DNA of 64,000 nt. Source: an uncultured Fidelibacterota bacterium. GTDB taxonomy: Bacteria > Fidelibacterota > Marinisomatia > Marinisomatales > TCS55. The notes below the pieces were generated by a model. It ran no database searches and was not told where the DNA came from. It saw nothing but the letters and a program-made list of their open reading frames with translations. The translations under genes and the position numbers were made by a program. Where the stretch lies: the NCBI GenBank assembly GCA_950067765.1, contig CATMGX010000001.1, positions 9,519 through 73,518 on the forward strand, in the 5' to 3' direction. Shown here piece by piece: positions 59,011-64,000 of the stretch (position 1 is the stretch's first letter; every line of letters starts with the position of its first letter).

Positions 59011-60303
59011 ATGAAAACAACAAAATTAAAAAAGCAGGTTGTATTAAAAGGTGGAATGATTTTAGACCCCATCAATGAAACGCTTAAAAAAGGTGATGTA
59101 CTCATCGAAAATGGGAGGATGAAATCTATCGGGGAAGTGACTCCATCCAAATCGGCAGATGTTATTGATTGCAGTGGGTTGATTGTGACCCATGGATTTT
59201 GTGATATCCATGTTCATTTTCGTGAACCGGGACGTGAGGATAAGGAAACCCTTGATTCCGGTTCCATGGCGGCCCTGGCGGGCGGTTTTACCCGTGTCTG
59301 TGTCATGCCCAATACGGACCCACCATTGGATTCCCCTGAATCCATTCGTTACACGATAGATCGAGGGGAAGAATGCCCGATTCACATTCATCCAATCGGT
59401 GCCATCACAAAGAGTCAAGATGGGAAAGAATTGACGGAGATGGGCGCCATGTTATCGGAAGGTGCGGTGGCATTTAGTGATGATGGACTGCCCGTTACAG
59501 ACACTGGTATGATGCGAAATGCATTGGAATATGCCACCATGTTTGATGTGCCGATAATTAATCATGCAGAGGATTTATGCTTGAAAAAAGATGGGGTGAT
59601 GCACGAAGGAAAAATTTCAACCCAATTGGGTCTGCCAGCCAGCCCGGGTATTACGGAATCCAATATGGTTCACCGCGATTTAGAATTAACAGAATTGACC
59701 GGTGCCCGCCTCCACGTGCCCCATGTAAGTTCGGCCAAATCAACGGATTATATCCGACAAATGAAAAAATCCAATAATAAAATAACAGCGGAAGTCACGC
59801 CACATCATTTATTTTTTACGGATGAAGATTTAATTACCTATAATACAGATTTAAAAGTGGCTCCCCCCATTCGAACACAGGCCGATCAAAAAGCACTCAT
59901 CAAAGGAGTGAAGGATGGGACCTTTGATTGTATTGCCACAGACCATGCACCCCATACCATAGAGGAAAAGGAAGGGACTTTTGATTTGGCTCCTTTTGGG
60001 ATGATTGGTTTGGAATCATGTTTTGGTGCGGTTAATCGGGTATTGGTTAAAGAAAATAAATTGAATATCATCCGGTTAATCCAAATGCTTTCCGTTAACC
60101 CTCGTAAAATAATGGGATTTGAGACAGATCTATTTACAAATGGGAATCCTGCAGAATTGACCATTTTTGATCCAAACAAAAAATGGACATTTAAGAAATC
60201 AGATATTTATTCACGGTCCCATAATTCTCCGTATATAGGTGAAGCGTTGATTGGCCGCATAAGGGCAACCATTGTAAAGGGTCATATAACAGCATTGGTT
60301 TAA
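59011..60303 (+). CDS. pyrC: Dihydroorotase
   Basis: DIHVHFREPG metal-binding motif and TDHAPH. 430 aa. Confidence 0.9.
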   Translation: MKTTKLKKQVVLKGGMILDPINETLKKGDVLIENGRMKSIGEVTPSKSADVIDCSGLIVTHGFCDIHVHFREPGREDKETLDSGSMAALAGGFTRVCVMPNTDPPLDSPESIRYTIDRGEECPIHIHPIGAITKSQDGKELTEMGAMLSEGAVAFSDDGLPVTDTGMMRNALEYATMFDVPIINHAEDLCLKKDGVMHEGKISTQLGLPASPGITESNMVHRDLELTELTGARLHVPHVSSAKSTDYIRQMKKSNNKITAEVTPHHLFFTDEDLITYNTDLKVAPPIRTQADQKALIKGVKDGTFDCIATDHAPHTIEEKEGTFDLAPFGMIGLESCFGAVNRVLVKENKLNIIRLIQMLSVNPRKIMGFETDLFTNGNPAELTIFDPNKKWTFKKSDIYSRSHNSPYIGEALIGRIRATIVKGHITALV

Positions 60304-60512
60304 TATATCATATTCGTCAAAAATGCAGAGCTACCCCCATGGATATTTATTGAGGATGGTGAGGTAGAAAAGGGTGTATGGTTGCAGGGTTTTTAGATGA
60401 ATATGCACTTGAGAGTTATGGGTAAAAAAGGCTTATATATTATTTAGGAATTATGATTGACTATGATTGATTTACAAGTCTAATTTTTCGGGCTAATTTA
60501 GAACTGAAAATA

Positions 60513-60941
60513 ATGAAAACAAGATCACTAAAAGCTTCTGAAATTCAAAAAGACTGGTTTGTAGCCGATGCTGAGGGGAAAACCTTGGGTCGTTTCGCCA
60601 GTGAAGTCGCAAAAATTTTACGCGGAAAGCATAAACCGACCTTTACGCCTCATATGGATATGGGCGATTTTGTAGTTGTGGTTAATGCAGATAAGGTAAA
60701 GGTTTCCGGTGCGAAGGAAACGGATAAAATTTATTTTAAACATTCAGGATATCCGGGATCGACGACCTTTACAAAATTAGATCAAATGCGACGAAATCAC
60801 CCGGAACGGATTGTTGAAAAAGCCGTTTGGGGAATGCTTCCTAAAAATCGCTTGGGTCGGGCCATCATAAAACACCTAAAGGTGTATGTCGGTCCCGAAC
60901 ATCCCCACACAGCGCAACAACCCAAAGAATTGGATATTTAA
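60513..60941 (+). CDS. rplM: 50S ribosomal protein L13
   Basis: KDWFVADAEGKTLGR and GKHKPTFTPH motifs. 142 aa. Confidence 0.97.
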   Translation: MKTRSLKASEIQKDWFVADAEGKTLGRFASEVAKILRGKHKPTFTPHMDMGDFVVVVNADKVKVSGAKETDKIYFKHSGYPGSTTFTKLDQMRRNHPERIVEKAVWGMLPKNRLGRAIIKHLKVYVGPEHPHTAQQPKELDI

Positions 60942-61333
60942 TGGCTAAAGCTGTTTATAATGCTATCGGTCGACGGAAAGAATCCATCGCTCGTGTTTTC
61001 ATGACACCGGGGAAAGGTAATATTTCCATCAATGGTCGTCCATTTAAAGAATATGTTAGTCGGGAAAGTCTGGCAATTGTGGTGACGCAACCACTGAACT
61101 TAATCGACCAACGAGAATCATACGATATTAAAGTTACTGTAAAAGGGGGAGGCCTTTCTGGACAAGCAGGTGCGATTCGATTGGGAATTGCCCGCGCATT
61201 GAATGATGTGAGTGCAGACTTTCGCCCTCAACTAAAAGCTGCAGGCTTCCTCACCCGTGACGCGCGAGAAGTGGAGCGGAAAAAATATGGACAACCCGGT
61301 GCACGCAAAAAATTCCAATTTTCGAAACGGTAA
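60941..61333 (+). CDS. rpsI: 30S ribosomal protein S9
   Basis: [11 protein letters not shown]-terminus, [19 protein letters not shown] and a C-terminal KKFQFSKR. Confidence 0.97.
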   Translation: MAKAVYNAIGRRKESIARVFMTPGKGNISINGRPFKEYVSRESLAIVVTQPLNLIDQRESYDIKVTVKGGGLSGQAGAIRLGIARALNDVSADFRPQLKAAGFLTRDAREVERKKYGQPGARKKFQFSKR

Positions 61334-61338
61334 AGATT

Positions 61339-62184
61339 ATGGCAGCATCAAAAGTTAAATTTGAAGATTTACTGGGCACAGGCGCACATTTTGGGCATGT
61401 AACCCGCAAGTGGAACCCTAATTATAAACCTTTTATCCTCATGGAAAAAAATGGGGTTCATATTATTAATCTGGATGAAACAATTCGACATTTGGATATC
61501 GCGCTCAACTTTATCAGTGACAAAGCCAAAAAGAATGGTGAATTCCTGTTTGTAGGTACTAAGAATCAAGCAAAAGATATAGTTCAGCAGGAGGCAGATC
61601 GGTGTTCCATGTTTTATGTGGTTGAACGCTGGTTAGGTGGAACACTCACTAATTTTACCACCATTAAAAAAAGTATTAAACGGTTACACATGCTGGAAAA
61701 AGAAGGGTCACAGATTTATGAAAATCAGACCAAAAAAGAAATCCAGATGCTCAATCGTGAACGGATTAAACTTTCGGATCAACACCGTGGCATTAAAGAT
61801 ATGCGACGCCTTCCTGATGCGGTGATTATCGTCGATGCGCAACTGGAGAGTACGGCAGTGAAAGAAGCCATAATATTGGGAATTCCCATCATCGCAATCG
61901 TTGATTCCAATACAGATCCTACCATTATTGATTATCCAATACCGGCCAACGATGATTCGATCCGGACGATTCAACTTATTATGTCGGTGATTGCCGATAC
62001 GATTTTAGATTCAACTGCTAAAACGAGTAATAAATCAGAAAAAGAAGATAAACAAGCATCGAATGCAGCGGGAAATGAATCATCAGTGGAAATAAAAGCT
62101 GAATCGGTTGGCACAGACAAAAAAGATACACCACCAGAAGAAAAAGTTGAAGCACCTGTAGAAGATGCTGGAGCAACAAAATGA
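61339..62184 (+). CDS. rpsB: 30S ribosomal protein S2 (with an acidic/Lys-rich C-terminal extension)
   Basis: [16 protein letters not shown] and DAVIIVD motifs. About 45 extra C-terminal residues. Confidence 0.97.
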   Translation: MAASKVKFEDLLGTGAHFGHVTRKWNPNYKPFILMEKNGVHIINLDETIRHLDIALNFISDKAKKNGEFLFVGTKNQAKDIVQQEADRCSMFYVVERWLGGTLTNFTTIKKSIKRLHMLEKEGSQIYENQTKKEIQMLNRERIKLSDQHRGIKDMRRLPDAVIIVDAQLESTAVKEAIILGIPIIAIVDSNTDPTIIDYPIPANDDSIRTIQLIMSVIADTILDSTAKTSNKSEKEDKQASNAAGNESSVEIKAESVGTDKKDTPPEEKVEAPVEDAGATK

Positions 62185-62798
62185 ATATTGATGCGAAAAC
62201 CGTAAAAGCATTGCGCGATAAAACAGGCGCTGGTATGATGGATTGTAAGAAAGCATTGGTTGAAACAGATGGCCATTTAGAAAATGCCATTGATCATTTA
62301 CGTAAATCTGGTATTGCCAAAGCAGAAAAAAAGGGTGAAAGAACCGCTAAAGAGGGTCTCGTCTTTTCATACATTCATCATGGCGGCCGATTAGGGGTAC
62401 TGGTTGAATTGAACTGTGAAACAGATTTCGTAGCGAAAACAGAAGGTTATTCAGAGTTAGCACATAATTTGGCCATGCAAATTGCAGCCACAAACCCCTT
62501 GGCGATTCGTCGTGAAGATATTGACGCCACAGTCGTGGAACATGAAAAAAGTATTTTTGGGGACCAAGCAAAAGAATCCGGGAAACCTGAAAATATCATC
62601 GAAAAAATAGTGGAAGGCCGGATGGATAAATTTTATGCAGAATCCTGTCTTCTCGAACAATCATTTATAAAAGATCCTGATAAAAAAGTTGGGGATCTTC
62701 TCACCCAAGCAGTGTCAAGATTGGGCGAAAATATTGTCGTCAGCCGATTTACCCGTTTCGCCATCGGCGAAGAATCCAGTAACGGGCAACCACACTAA
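62181..62798 (+). CDS. tsf: Elongation factor Ts (short form)
   Basis: [22 protein letters not shown]-like N-terminus. 205 aa. ATGA overlap with rpsB. Confidence 0.93.
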   Translation: MNIDAKTVKALRDKTGAGMMDCKKALVETDGHLENAIDHLRKSGIAKAEKKGERTAKEGLVFSYIHHGGRLGVLVELNCETDFVAKTEGYSELAHNLAMQIAATNPLAIRREDIDATVVEHEKSIFGDQAKESGKPENIIEKIVEGRMDKFYAESCLLEQSFIKDPDKKVGDLLTQAVSRLGENIVVSRFTRFAIGEESSNGQPH

Positions 62799-62805
62799 AT
62801 TGTAG

Positions 62806-63522
62806 ATGTCAAGTCCTGCTTTCAGGCGAATCCTTCTTAAATTAAGCGGGGAGGTACTTGCAGGTGAACAGGGTTTTGGTATCGATCCGAAAAAGGCGAC
62901 GGAGCTCGCCAACGAAGTTAAATCCATTTATGAAATGGGGGTCAGTATTGGCCTCATTATTGGCGCCGGGAATATTTTCCGCGGATTACAAGCCTCCAGC
63001 AAAGGCATGGATCGGGTCACGGGAGATTATCTCGGTATGCTGGCAACCATCATGAATGCCATAAGTCTGCAGGATGCTTTGGAAAAAGTGGGTGTCGAAA
63101 CGCGAACACTATCTGCCATTACCGTATCCAAAATTGCAGAACCATATATTAGACGCAGAGCACTCCGCCATATGGAAAAAGGGCGTGTGGTTATAATCGC
63201 AGGCGGCACGGGAAATCCATATTTTACCACAGATACGGCTGCGGCGCTTCGGGCGACGGAGCTTCATGCTGAAGTACTTATCAAAGGGACTAAAGTGGAT
63301 GGTGTCTATGACAAAGATCCCGTTGTAAATTCTGACGCAAAACGTTATAAAAATATTTCCTTCAATGAAGTGTTATCAAAAAACCTTCGCGTGATGGATT
63401 TAACTGCCATAACCTTATGTAAAGAAAATGCATTGCCGATCCGGGTCTTCAATATTAATAATAAGGGAGATTTAAAGCGTCTCCTTAATGGTGAAGATAT
63501 TGGCACAACTGTAATGGAATAG
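62806..63522 (+). CDS. pyrH: UMP kinase
   Basis: ILLKLSGEVLAG, GGGNIFRG-like (GAGNIFRG), IIAGGTGNPYFTTD and GVYDKDP motifs. Confidence 0.95.
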   Translation: MSSPAFRRILLKLSGEVLAGEQGFGIDPKKATELANEVKSIYEMGVSIGLIIGAGNIFRGLQASSKGMDRVTGDYLGMLATIMNAISLQDALEKVGVETRTLSAITVSKIAEPYIRRRALRHMEKGRVVIIAGGTGNPYFTTDTAAALRATELHAEVLIKGTKVDGVYDKDPVVNSDAKRYKNISFNEVLSKNLRVMDLTAITLCKENALPIRVFNINNKGDLKRLLNGEDIGTTVME

Positions 63523-63527
63523 CCCAA

Positions 63528-64000
63528 ATGCTGCAAGAAATTTATAAAGATGCAACCCACCGAATGGACCAGGCGGTGGCGCACACCCGAATGGAATTAG
63601 CAAAGGTTCGTACCGGCCGGGCCAATCCGGATTTACTGAATGCAATCCAGGTAGAATATTATGGATCTATGATGCCCATGAACCAGGTATCCACTGTTTC
63701 AATTCCTGACCCGCGCCTCATTACGCTTCAACCATTTGAAAAATCATTAATTCCAGTCATTGAAAAAGCCATCATGAACTCCAACTTGGGTTTAACACCG
63801 AGCAATAATGGCAATGCTGTTTTAATTCCCATTCCGGCCTTATCAGAAGAACGGCGCAAAGATTTAATTAAATATGTTCATCAAGTTGTTGAGGAGGGTC
63901 GTGTTTCAGTTCGAAATGTCCGACGAGATGCCCTTCATCACGTGAAGGAATTCGGAAAGGAAGAGCATGTTTCTGAAGATGAGATCCATCGGCAGGAAAC
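63528..64000 (+). CDS. frr: Ribosome recycling factor (3' end outside window)
   Basis: Hand translation from ATG 63528 gives MLQEIYKDATHRMDQAVAHTRMELAKVRTGRANPDLLNAIQVEYYGSMMPMNQVS...IPALSEERRKDLIKYV. The frame is open to the window end. Absent from the ORF track because no stop is reached. Confidence 0.93.
   Translation, partial: MLQEIYKDATHRMDQAVAHTRMELAKVRTGRANPDLLNAIQVEYYGSMMPMNQVSTVSIPDPRLITLQPFEKSLIPVIEKAIMNSNLGLTPSNNGNAVLIPIPALSEERRKDLIKYVHQVVEEGRVSVRNVRRDALHHVKEFGKEEHVSEDEIHRQE

Overview
This is a very compact, low-GC stretch of bacterial chromosome that is almost entirely plus-strand and housekeeping. I call about 62 protein genes. Many are joined by 1-11 nt overlaps (ATGA / TAATG).

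Gene content, in order:
- nuoN 3' end and a hidden NqrM-like mini-ORF
- an ion transporter, PduO-type adenosyltransferase and nrnA
- ispH-pdxS-pdxT-dxs, cstA, and a split-type methylmalonyl-CoA mutase catalytic subunit
- a System I cytochrome c maturation cluster (ccmE-F-orf92-A-B-C plus a hidden ccmD-like ORF)
- an archaeal-type (type II) GAPDH homolog, an MBL hydrolase and metF
- tilS-hpt-ftsH, folP-cdaA and a ZIP transporter
- prfB (with its +1 frameshift)-lysS, and lolE/lolC/lolD-like genes
- clpC and dnaK
- a TamB-like / Omp85 / TPR-lipoprotein envelope cluster, then MoxR-DUF58-BatD-like
- efp-accB-accC-gcvH, gmhA, xerD, an M50 protease, bifunctional ftcD and mutL
- a two-gene minus-strand block (GNAT, S58/DmpA peptidase)
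- miaA, a PyrR-type leader with pyrR-pyrB-pyrC, and rplM-rpsI-rpsB-tsf-pyrH-frr (3' end truncated)

I saw no rRNA or tRNA genes, CRISPR arrays, transposases, phage genes or recognisable defence modules. I found no convincing evidence for a wholly new system.

The most unusual items:
- A variant ccm system: CcmE carries Cys in place of the heme-binding His, and there is no ccmH or ccmG in the cluster.
- The ccm cluster is translationally coupled to an archaeal-type GAPDH homolog.
- Several small ORFs lie below the ORF-track cutoff.
- A membrane ORF is split by an in-frame TAG.
- A PyrR attenuator-like leader precedes pyrR.

All functional calls rest on motif recognition by eye in the supplied translations. 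No searches were run.
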